Shown: positions 36,635 through 47,039 of the stretch, piece by piece
How the letters are laid out: each line of letters starts with the position of its first letter
Numbering within the stretch: position 1 is the first letter of the stretch
Source: Amphiscolops sp. MND2022
Lineage: Eukaryota
Assembly (NCBI GenBank): GCA_964187785.1
Contig: OZ076409.1
Span: forward strand, 86,616,001 to 86,680,000
Direction: 5' to 3'
Length of the DNA stretch: 64,000 nt
Made by a program: the position numbers and the translations under genes
The notes under the pieces: generated by a model
Told to the model about the DNA's origin: nothing
Database searches by the model: none
Seen by the model: only the letters and a program-made list of their open reading frames with translations

Positions 36635-39553
36635 ATGTTTTGGAAGCTCTTGCAATGTTCTCGGGATCCATGTCTCAGGAAAAGTTTCTTGCGCTATGAA
36701 TCCATGAATGTTTTCAACAGAAAAGCGAAACGGAAGCACCGTGATCGGATGGCTCTGATTAACAATATTGAAGTTTACGAATACTTACGGATGGAAATGG
36801 CAGATCGACTTGCAGATCGCCTCTATGATGTCAGCCGTCAGTTTAATAGATAAGTATGAGTTTTTGTTGATGTTAGAAATCTGCGGGAAAGTTACCTCAA
36901 ATAAATTTTTTCTTTCAAGGCTCTTGACCTCGGTTGTGGCAGAGGATATTTATCAACGAAAATAACACCTGATTGTGTTGAGGAACTTGTTCAATGTGAT
37001 ATATCAGAAGGATTGCTGAGGCGAGCACTACCTTCAAACATTTCAAAGACAACGTCGCTCCATATGGACGAAGAAAACATCACGTTTCCAGATGATCATT
37101 TTGATCTTGGTTATTAAATTTTCCGTGTATTTTTTGCTCCCGGATCAAATGCTTAAGCACAGTCTTTAACGTTTTTCTCGCGACCTTTTTTGTTCATGAC
37201 AAATCATTCGTTGCCTCTTTAAAATGAAACACGCATAGATAAAGAAGTAAAAAGACAAGTGTTTGATTCAAAAGCTTTTCGAGTTTATCATCAGTAACAA
37301 CATGTATTGTCATCAGTGAAAATTGTATCTAAAATTGGAAGAAACGTTTATTTACAATTTAAAAAATTGATGAAGGACAGGAAAATTGCCACAAAAATAA
37401 ATTTTTCACTGTGTGGCTTTTAAATTCATATCGCTTGCTGGGGATAGGGTTTGTTCTTGGGATCACATGTTCTGAGGAACAAAGCTTCAAGTGTCTAAAA
37501 GGGAATTCATTTGTTGCTCGGTTGCCAAGGTTGGAGTCTGTAACTTTGTGTGTAGCACGTTTTCCATACTGAAATTCAATCCATTATTTGAGTATTGGCC
37601 TACTGGTGTCCTTTTGTTTTCCGTATTCGTATATCTAAATGTAGGAGCGTAAAAATGAATATTCTGTGAGCGGTTACCTGGTGTACTTCGCCAGAGAAGA
37701 AAAAGTAGCAAATATCATCCACATAGGTTTACTTACCATGGTTCGCTGATTTTTTGATTTTTTTTTTCAAATCGACATTAAAATTTTACGAGAATGGTTT
37801 ACTTATAAGCTGAGTTATTGCCAAGTCTAAACGAGTCCAAATTTCTTTTAAAATACGAGCTCATTCAAAGTCCCCGTTATTTGAAAAATGAAGGACTTAT
37901 GCGCATTTGGAGCATTACGTGGATAGTTGACTTCATACGTTCCCGATTTTTTTTGTAACATTCCATAATATAGTTGATAGAGAATTAGCAACTGAATCAC
38001 GAAATTCTTCGCAGTTTTGATCAGAATTTGAAACCAAGAAATTTTTCACAGCGTCAAGAACTGTTCGAAAATATGAACTTCTTCGGTTTAAAGCTAATAA
38101 ATCAATCTACGGTTTATGTCACGCGTGTTTGCGACCTACGGCTATATTAGCAGAGTGTAGAATTTTTGGTTCGAATGTTGCCTTTGCATCAGCATGTGCG
38201 CTTGGTCTTCTATAAGCAAAAATGTGTAGCACTTTTCGAATTTTCTGTTTCAGTGATCTCCAGTGGCAGTATGCATTGGATAAATGACCTCCCGGGGGTA
38301 ATGAGACGCGTCATGAACACACTCAGTCCTGATGGCGTTTTCCTAGGGTCTTTGTTGGGCGGTGAAACACTCTTTGAACTGCGAAGTGCACTTCAGGTGG
38401 CTGAGCAGGCGCTAGAAGATGGGTTTGGTCCTCATATTTCTCCGATGATCAATATGCCCGACATGGGAAGGTACTTGGAAATTTTCATAGATGAGTATTC
38501 AGTCTTCATTAGTATTTGTCCACAATTCATATTTCAAAGTAGCCAATAAATCGTTTTAGAAGCGTCTAATTTTGAGAAGGTTTTCAGTTGAAATAAACGT
38601 ACATTGCTTTTTGTTTACCTCGGATTAGTTAATTTACTATCTTTTCATTTCCCGTTCCGCTTCATCATAAAAATAGGTCCCTTAGACAACTCATTCGCGT
38701 GTAACTTTTTCCTTATCTTCATCCCTTCCAGCATTTACTCCAATGGTCTTTGTCTGGTTATAGATTATTGCACCACGGAGGTTTCCGCCTGATAACTGTA
38801 GATCAAGATGAAATTGTGGTACATTATCCAAACATAAAAGAACTGATGAATGATTTGAATCACATGGGTGAAGGCAATTGTTCGTGGAATTCTAAGCCAG
38901 CATTGCACAGGTCAACCATCGATTTGGCAGGTCAGTCAGATTGAATGACTTACATTGCATGCTTGAATTTCACCGTGAAATAGATACAAATGGATATGCA
39001 AAACTATGTCTTAAAGCATCATATAAAAATCAATCATGAGGCACAGTGGCACTACGATAACTTTTTGTCTAGTGTTACAACTTTTTTTTATCTCTGTTGA
39101 ATGTTACAACAAAAAATTCCAATGTTGAGCTCTTAAGAAAACGACAAATAATAACATTTTTGCTTCAGAATGAATAGTAATGCTTCTGGTTCTATTCAAA
39201 GTGATTCAGCGAACTTCATTCTCTGCCAAAATATTAAATAACCGTAGAAGTTAATGATAGTCTTGGATGTGTGGCTTTTAAAAAGTCTTGAAAGTACAGA
39301 CTTTCTAAACAGCTGTTTTGCTTTTTCATTTTCTAACACACTTAGACGTGAATTCTTTTGTTAAATATTAGTATTACTCAAGAAGTTTTGTTTAGGTGAA
39401 AAGTACAAGGACATGTACGGAGACACAAATGGGATTCCAGCTACATTTCAAACCATCAATTTCATTGCCTGGAAACCTCACGAGTCACAACCAAAAGCTA
39501 AACCCCGCGGTTCTGCTCAAAAAAGCTTTAAAGAGGAATTCAGCAAGACCTGA
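36635..39553 (+). CDS. NDUFAF5: NADH dehydrogenase complex I assembly factor 5 (SAM-dependent arginine hydroxylase); exons 36635-36849, 36919-37109, 38254-38470, 38764-38930, 39396-39553 (intron 1 modelled as AT-AA)
   Basis: Spliced product MFWKLL..NVFNRKAKRKHRDR..YEYLR.E..DRLADRLYDVSRQFNRALDLGCGRG..DEE...F....FDLVISSGSMHWINDLPG..GGETLFELR..PHISP..GF.LITVDQDEIVVHYP..LM.DL..MGEGN..IPATFQ.I.FIAWKPHESQPK..PRGSA. Introns 2-4 are GT-AG with compatible phases. Confidence 0.85.
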
Positions 39554-40470
39554 GTCACTTTGTGAAATACTTGAATTTTTTACTTTCAGCGATGTTTTGA
39601 GAAACTAATTCGTTGTTTATAATTCAACAGATTTGTTAGCTAGCAATATCTATTGTTTAAAGTTATTTTTCTAGCAGTCTCCGGTGGCGTCAATTGATTA
39701 TTGGAATTTTTGATTTCCTGCTTATTGTTTTTTACTGTATTTACTCGTCATGTGTCTTTTTTTTCTGGCGGTAGCCTTCTATTGAAACAAAACTCAATCT
39801 AATATTTTTAAAACGGACATTTTTAAGGCATTCATTTTGGCATTTCGGCAGCACTGGCTAAAAAAATTATGCTTTTGATTCTACATTGAGTTTTCACCAA
39901 GATTTTTGGTATAAACTCATTTTATGCACCGTTAGTTACGGCTGTAAAATTTCACTTTTATGGTTATTATTTGAGAAAAAGTTCGCAGCATTTAAAAGAC
40001 AAAAACTGCCAAACATCCTATTTTGGGATTTCCGGCATTGACTCCATGATTTCCGGCATGCTTATAAACACATATAAAGCTGCTTGAATCCTTTACGATG
40101 TTATTCACGAGACTCGAAATTTCAATCTGTCTAAGTAATTTTTATACTCTTTGGAAGTAGTGATTATTTTACCCGATATTTTCAAAGTTAACATCTTTGA
40201 CACTGCATCTCAAATTAAGATGACTTACTTGTTGAAAAATACAACGGCATTATTTGGTCAAAAAGGCATTGCTGGAAAGAGTTCTTCCTAGTTATTACAA
40301 TAATTTCCTAATCGAGCCGTACTGTTCCTGAATAAGACACTTGTATGATTGAATATATCTTATATAAATTGACCGAAAATACAGTACGTGCGATTGCTAA
40401 ATTGTCTGGTTTTTGAATACCTAAATTGCTGCTGACTGTTTTCTTTCTCTCTGATGATAACCCGGCAAAC

Positions 40471-42094
40471 CAGGGGTGTAAAATATTGTATTGCAATATT
40501 ATTTTACCTAAAAATCAATTATTTTTATTGAACTCAGGCAAAAATAAATTATTGATTAAGAACAATAAATTATTGCTCAAATGTTTCAATTATTGTCAGA
40601 AACATCAACAATATGCGAAACTGTGAGTTCGTTCCAAAAGTTTTTATTGCTTTTCAAGAAAACTTGGGATTCCAAATTGACTGGCGTCGTTTTCTTTCGG
40701 TAATCTGTAAAAACGCCTCGCACTACACTGAAGAGCCTTTCTGGAACATTCGAAGTAGGTTTGACCCATTTGAGAGTGTCAATTTTCGCTTTTTTCGAGC
40801 AACGATTCAAAATTTCTTGAGCGAACGAGTTTCCGATAACTTCGTTTTCAGCAATTTCGATGTCTGTTGTGCCTAATTTTCAAAATACCGTTTCAGCATA
40901 TAAAATGTGGAATCCCAACGAGTGTCGTTTTGTATCATAGGACGTAAATTGGTTACCTTCCTTAGTTCAGCAGATTTTTTCAAATTCGACAACTTCTTCA
41001 TAATTTCTTGAATTTTCTTCACAAGGTCAATTTTTGTTGCCACGAACTGTTTCACGGCTAAATTCAATCTGTGGCTATAGCATCCAAGTAGAGGAACTCC
41101 TAAGTCCGAAGCAATTCTTGGGTTTAGGTTTTCATTGTCACCCACCAGAAAAACCACATTCGAGATCTCTTTGCCGTACACGCCCAGGACGAACGTTATA
41201 AGTTCGACGTGGTTGTCAGCGTTCAGGCGCGTCTCGTCAAGTAATGGTGAAAATCCAAGTAACGGTGTAACGGAAGTGTCGGGATTGTTCTTGTCGGGGT
41301 AACACGCAAAAATGCCGTAATAATGAGTAGAAGTGGATAAATCAGTCCAACCATCAAGAATTAAACCAAAGAGGTCGGGTAAATCTTTGGCAATATTGCT
41401 CTCGACTTGTTGAGTTAATTTTAAAATGTATTTTCCTAGTGTAACACGCGTTAATGGCTTTAAATTGCTGTATTTTTTACTCAATTGGTCGTCTACAAAC
41501 GATACAGGATGCCCACCAACAATTACCCATTCAAGCCACCCATGTACGTTCAGGGCATAATCAGAAATAAAGTGATTTTGAATAGTTTTGGTACCAGTTC
41601 TCATTAATTCCTCGAAATTTGGATGCGCAGAATGAATATGAGAAACGAGATTTTGAAATCCAGACGCTTTAGATTGTTTGCGAACTTTTCCGCAGCGACA
41701 TTTGAATTTTTCGGCTTCAATTTTGGTGAAAAAGAAATTGGAGAGTTGCTTTGGGGTAAATGGAGCCATATCGATTTGATTGGAATAGCTATACAATGCG
41801 CGAGACGCTACTGAACAAGCCAAACCACACGCTACTTATGTGAATAGTGAATGTGACACGTCATTCGCGTGTACGCGGATTAACCTCGTTTTGTTTACTT
41901 TGCACACGCTGCACGCTGCAAACGGTTTGCAGTTAATACCCGTACTGCATTTTATCAAACAAAATAATTTTGGCCTAAAAACCAATAATTGCAGCAAAAA
42001 AATAAATAATTTATATTGTTTTGATGTGAAAATAAATAATTGCAATATATTTATTGCAATATATTTTTCAACAATTATTTATTTTACACCCCTG
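40471..42094 (-). mobile_element. hAT transposon, internally deleted, 1624 bp
   Basis: Perfect 15-bp TIR CAGGGGTGTAAAATA; 8-bp TSD CGGCAAAC (40463-40470, 42095-42102). Confidence 0.95.
40586..41769 (-). pseudogene. hAT transposase (BED finger, DDE) split by one internal deletion/frameshift at ~40876
   Basis: CRC..HIHSAH BED finger, LDGWT, GDN, GCYSHRLNL, TRWDST; a second frame gives PTSNVPERLFS..DYRK...NLE..FLK.N..FW (dimerisation domain). Confidence 0.9.
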
Positions 42095-42412
42095 CGGCAA
42101 ACGTCTGTGACTCAGAGAATAAACAAAGAGAGTGGGGCTCTTCTATTTCTGCGGTTTCAAGTTTGAGTCTTCAGAGCATTATTTGAAAGTTGGTGTTTGC
42201 TCAACCCATTTCTTTACCCATGAAGTGAGGTTTCTTTGTTTGCGCATCCTGCAAATGTGGGCCCATGCCAGCTGCATGATTTCACTGGTACGTGTATCAT
42301 GATGAGGCCGTTGAGCTAAGATGAGAAGCTTCTCGCAAAACTCTTTTACTGTTCATGTTTCCTGGTTTTCACTATCGCTTTTTGTAGCTTGTGTGCATTT
42401 TAGCTTCGTGTA

Positions 42413-43175
42413 CAGTAAGCGTTCTAAAATATCGCAACCTCATAGCATTAAATGGCAAAATTCAAAACCAAATATCTCATAAACTGTCACGAATACAAAA
42501 CTTTGCCAGCTAGGAAAGTTTCTTAGAATTTTATCTAGTTTACAAAAATGTTTGTTTGAAATTTCTACGACCGTTACCAAAAAAGTTAGAAATTGCAAAT
42601 TTTAGTAAATTTTAATTGAAATTTGAGTTTTTTTTCGAAAATTGAATAACTTGGAATAAATTTTTTTTGGATTTTTTTTCATTGGGAAACTTCCTATAAT
42701 CTCCCGAACCTACTGAATTCTTTTGATCTAGAATTTTTTTCGAATCAGAAAAAAATACACTATATTTTGTGTCTATGAGCACTGAAGTACGTGTATTAAG
42801 ATAGGCTCTAAGAATTGTATTTAGAAAATTGATAATTTTTATTTGAAATCGAAAAAGTTTTCCGATCAAATTATATCAGCATCCTCAGAAGATTTGGGGG
42901 CAAATGATTGACTGAAAATTTTTCAAAAATATATTTTCAACTTTGTGAAAATCCAGAAAAAGTACAAATTTGATTAAATTTTGTCAAAATTTCCAATTTT
43001 CAACTTTTGTAATTTTTGTCGCAGAAATTTCAAACCAACATTTTTGTAAACTAGATAAAATTCTAAGAAACTTTCCTAGCTGACACTTTTTCGTATTTGT
43101 GACAGTTTTCAAGAAATTTGGATTTGAAATTTGTAATTTTAAGCATTGGAGTTGCGATATTTTAGAACGCTACTG
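42413..43175. mobile_element. Tc1/mariner-type MITE with ~200-bp TIRs
   Basis: TA|CAGT(A)AGCGTTCTAAAATATCGCAAC ... GTTGCGATATTTTAGAACGCTACTG|TA; inverted match extends through AGCTAGGAAAGTTTCTTAGAATTTTATCTAGTTTACAAAAATG. Confidence 0.9.
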
Positions 43176-43424
43176 TAGTGTTTATTGCGGTAATTGGAGC
43201 AGCTGTCACGTCGCATAAAAAGCAAGTTTGATGTTCGCTTATCAACCTGGATTAATTTTAGATCAATATTTTGAAAAATGCTTTCACAATGCTGCAAATT
43301 AAGAGCAAAAATTTGTTTAAAATCTTCGATGTCAATCTCAAAGGGAAATCACCTGAAGTAGTTTTTCACGTACATTCGATGCATTCGATCCGCGAGCGAG
43401 GTGCCATTACTACAAGTCCAAACT

Positions 43425-43477
43425 CTAAATAAGGGGCGGAGTCATACAAATTGTTTTCTGAAAACAATCAGGTAAGT
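43425..43477 (+). promoter_or_regulatory. GC-box-like site and strong 5' splice donor; candidate non-coding first exon of SLC35A2
   Basis: GGGGCGGAG at ~43433-43441; CAG|GTAAGT at 43471/43472. Downstream acceptors at 45480 (TTTTCAG) and 45556 (TTCTAG) precede the ATG. Confidence 0.3.
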
Positions 43478-44102
43478 TCTGACAGAAGTCGCCTTGCTTA
43501 AAGTCGTCGTCAAGACCTCGCTATAGCATTTTACTTTTTCACTTGACAAACTAATTAATAAGTGTTGTTTTCAGTCGCTGCATTTATTAAGTCTTTTTTT
43601 CAAGGCACACGTATGTGACGGAACGGATATGGCGGCCGGAATTAAGTTTTTGTTCATTCCTCTCCGACTTAGAGCTTTTTTCGGTTTGTTTTTTTTGTAA
43701 ATGACAAACAAAAACCCAATGTCTCCTATGAATTGTTTTCAATATCGGGAAACTTGTCTCCAGGGCCTCCGTAAAAATAATTGTCATATTATGGTGTGTG
43801 TTCCTTCAATTATTTCCATAAATTAAGCTGTAAAATGAATTATTTCCATAAATCTTGGTTAAAATAAATAATTGCAATTGTAAATTGGCAAAAAATAATT
43901 CACAACATTTTGATACAAGTTCGGCATTTCAAAAGGTCTTGTTAAGGAATTGAATTTTAGTGTACAAATTTTGATTAGATGACGCAATACAATACGTCGG
44001 CCACAAGATAAACTACTGCGTCATGCGTATGATGAAAGGAGTACCCCAAAGATGCCTAAAATAAAAATACAATTATTGCCAAAATTATTGCTCACGTTCC
44101 GT

Positions 44103-44559
44103 CAGGGGTGCCCAAAAATTAATTGCAATTAATTGCTGCCACTTCAACAATGAAAATCAATTAATTTTAATTGCTCTTCTGAAAAATTAATTAACTGCAA
44201 TTAATTGCAGTTAATTGTATCTCTACTCTATTAAGTAACAACAAAACTATTAATCACAATAATGAATTCAAGCAACAATTGATGCAAGAATTTGTTCGTC
44301 CCAAAATCTTTTATTCATCTTCAGGAAAAGTTGCATCTCCAAATTCATTGGTAGCAGACTTTGACGGAAATCACCGAATGAAAATGCAGCAGATTCACTT
44401 GCAAGTTGCAAATGCATGAAATACATGTATTACACCAATTAATTGCAATTAATTGGAACGAAAAAATTAATTAATTTTAATTGCAAATTCTAGCAATCAA
44501 TTAATTTCTAGCAATTAATTGCAATTAATTTTCAATCAATTAATTTTTGGGCAGCCCTG
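44103..44559 (-). mobile_element. hAT-derived MITE, 457 bp
   Basis: 23-bp TIR CAGGG(G/C)TGCCCAAAAATTAATTG; 8-bp TSD CGTTCCGT; internal minus-strand remnant DFRQSLLPMNLEMQLFLKMNKRFWD. Confidence 0.9.
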
Positions 44560-44606
44560 CGTTCCGTAAATCATTTCCATATTAAAGGTCTGAAAATAAA
44601 TTATTT

Positions 44607-44911
44607 GGATTTCACTATTATTTCACTATTTCCTCCCCCATATGACTCGTTACACTATGTCCCCCCTATAGGAAAAGAATGTTTACGGCTCTTGTATATC
44701 ATCTATTGGCTAATCTCTCATGCTATTCTGCCCATCAATTGATCTCATCATAACTAACGACACTTTTTATTGGCTCTTATCGAAATCCCCTTTCAGCCAA
44801 TCAGAAGCGTTGTTAGATAAGAGTTGATCTGCGCTATTAGAATGTGCAATTAATAGTGTTTCACTATGTCCCCCCTTTTTGCTTCGGGGGAGGAAATAGG
44901 GAAAGAGATCC
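44607..44911. mobile_element. MITE with inverted ends
   Basis: CTATTTCCTCCCCC (44626) / GGGGGAGGAAATAG (44886), extendable to GGAT../..ATCC; internal CACTATGTCCCCCC repeats. Confidence 0.6.
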
Positions 44912-45618
44912 AATTATTTCCCTAATTAGGTACATAAAATAAATTATTTATGCCAATTATTTCACCAAAAAATTTTTACGGAGGCTTTGCTTATGTCCAA
45001 TTGCTACGCAAAATTCAGCTCCTTCTTGACTTGTTGAGAATTTTAAAGTGTTCTCCGAGGCTTTGATGGTGAATTCACTGAAAATTAAAAGTTGTTTTCA
45101 AAAGTCTTTCGAATTACAACGCTAGTACTTCTCCGTTTTGCATAATTTGACTTCCTTTCTCTCTTGTGAAGTTGAAGTGTGTTGTATAGAAAGGAGTGTG
45201 CTCGCACGCATTAATACCGACCAACGTTTTTCAGTTCAAACATTATTGATGCAGTAATTCAGATTTTACACACTGCTGTTTCCTTTTTGTTTCTTTGCAT
45301 AACTGTTGCTTCAGGCCTATTGTTGACTGATACCATGGACATCTTGGAATCTCTATGATGTCTATTTAAGTATCCGCTTTACCGAAGCATAGCACGCAAA
45401 GCACATGGTATGTGCTGTTTTAATAATTTCCATTTTTCCAAGGACTTACGAAGCATCTTCATATCAAACTTAATTTTCAGTACCATATCGGTTACTGGCT
45501 AACTATTCACGTTTTGCTGTGTCTCGTGAATTATAACCAATCTATTATATTCTAGATTGAAAAGATGCTTTGACCTTGTTTTGTGGGTTTCTGAAATGCT
45601 TTTTGGGCCCCACAGCTC

Positions 45619-46662
45619 ATGATGCAGTCAGAGCGTTCTGGTGATAAAATCACGAGCAACAAAGAAATAGAAGGAACTGCGGCAAACAAGGCATCTTTGT
45701 CGAAAATGAACCAATCATCCAATAGGTCTCTCCGCTACACTTCTCTAGTTATCCTCGCCCTGCAAAATGCCATACTTGTCTTACTTATGCGGTACGCGCG
45801 AACCCAACCCGGGGACCAGTTTTTTGCGACGACGGCAGTCGTTATGGCGGAAGTTGTCAAATTTATTGCATGTCTTTTCATCATTGCAATAGCCGAAGGT
45901 GGAATCTCAGGTTTAATAGCAGAACTAGATAAAAATATCATCAATGCACCGATGGACACAATGAAAGTTGCAATACCTGGACTTATTTACACGTTCCAGA
46001 ATAATTTACTATATGTAGCTGTTACCAACTTGCCTGCTGCTACTTTTCAGGTTGTATATCAGATCAAAATTCTCACAACTGCCCTTTTCTCTGTTTTTAT
46101 GCTGGACAAAAAACTTACGTACGTACATTGGACGGCCCTGTTCATTTTGACGGGCGGGGTCGCAATGGTACAGGTGGAAACGACAATGTCCAAGCAAAGC
46201 GAGTCCAGTTCCTCAGTGACCAAACAAAACCCCATGCTTGGCTTCGTGGCTGTTATCGTCGCTTGTATATCCTCTGGATTTGCTGGAGTCTACTTCGAAA
46301 AAATCCTCAAGTCATCACCTGTGTCGACATGGCTCCGCAACATCCAGCTTGCCGGTTTTGGCATCATTCTTGGTCTAGTGGCCGTTTATATCAACGATGG
46401 CACCAACGTGTTAGCTTTTGGGTTTTTTCATGGTTACAACGATTTCACCATAATGGTTATATTGAACCAAGCAATTGGCGGTTTAGTCGTAGCTTTTGTT
46501 GTGAAGTATGCTGACAACATTCTCAAAGGTTTCGCAACATCCATAGCAATCATCATATCATGTGTTTGTTCGATATTCATATTTGATTTCCACATCACAC
46601 TTTTATTTCTTCTGGGCGCCTCTTTGGTCATTGGATCTGTATGTCTCTACAGTAGTCGGTGA
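45619..46662 (+). CDS. SLC35A2: UDP-galactose translocator (SLC35A nucleotide-sugar transporter), single coding exon
   Basis: 347-aa ORF with LQNA.LVL.MRYART, TTAVVMAEVVK, YTFQNNL.YVA..NLPAATFQV.YQ.KILTTALFSV, SSGFAGVYFEKILK, WLRNIQL, VVKYADNILKGFATS. Confidence 0.9.
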   Translation: MMQSERSGDKITSNKEIEGTAANKASLSKMNQSSNRSLRYTSLVILALQNAILVLLMRYARTQPGDQFFATTAVVMAEVVKFIACLFIIAIAEGGISGLIAELDKNIINAPMDTMKVAIPGLIYTFQNNLLYVAVTNLPAATFQVVYQIKILTTALFSVFMLDKKLTYVHWTALFILTGGVAMVQVETTMSKQSESSSSVTKQNPMLGFVAVIVACISSGFAGVYFEKILKSSPVSTWLRNIQLAGFGIILGLVAVYINDGTNVLAFGFFHGYNDFTIMVILNQAIGGLVVAFVVKYADNILKGFATSIAIIISCVCSIFIFDFHITLLFLLGASLVIGSVCLYSSR

Positions 46663-46910
46663 TTAAAGACCCTAAATTGTAATTCAACAATGTGAAATTT
46701 AAAATAGATGGCTCAGTGTGATAATGATGTAGTTTGAAGTATTTCGATATATATTTCTATAAATGGTCATCATCGAGGAAGTATAATTGAAAACAATTAG
46801 TTTAAAGTAGTCGTTCATCGGAAACAGGGGTGTCCATAGACCTGGAATGTTTGAGAGAAAATGATTTCAATTTATCGAAAAATCCTTCGTCAAAAATTTC
46901 AAAACTAGAT

Positions 46911-47039
46911 TGATGTCCTAAATCTTTTGAGAGACGATGTATGACGACAGGGCTGATGTCCTAAATCTTTTGAGAGATGATGTATGATGACAGGGCTGAT
47001 GTCCTAAATCTTTTGAGAGATGATGTATGATGACAGGGC
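46911..47039 (+). repeat. 43-bp tandem repeat x3
   Basis: TGATGTCCTAAATCTTTTGAGAGAYGATGTATGAYGACAGGGC repeated with no spacers. Confidence 0.95.

Larger units (their letters stand above)
25275..39089. repeat. Tandem segmental duplication, copy 3 (continues into unique sequence with NDUFAF5 exon 5)
   Basis: Near-identical to copy 2 up to the T-run at 39082-39089, then diverges into unique sequence. Confidence 0.95.
43761..44989. mobile_element. Older hAT-like non-autonomous element hosting two nested MITEs
   Basis: TIR CAGGGCCTCCGTAAAAAT / ATTTTTACGGAGGCTTTG; TSD degenerate. Confidence 0.55.

Noticed and set aside
36851..36853. TAA codon reassignment to rescue NDUFAF5
   Set aside because: Long conserved ORFs (DDX54, SLC35A2, cyclophilins) contain no in-frame TAA, so a variant code is unsupported.
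46911..47039. 43-bp repeats as a CRISPR array
   Set aside because: Repeats are contiguous with no spacers; eukaryotic context, no cas genes.
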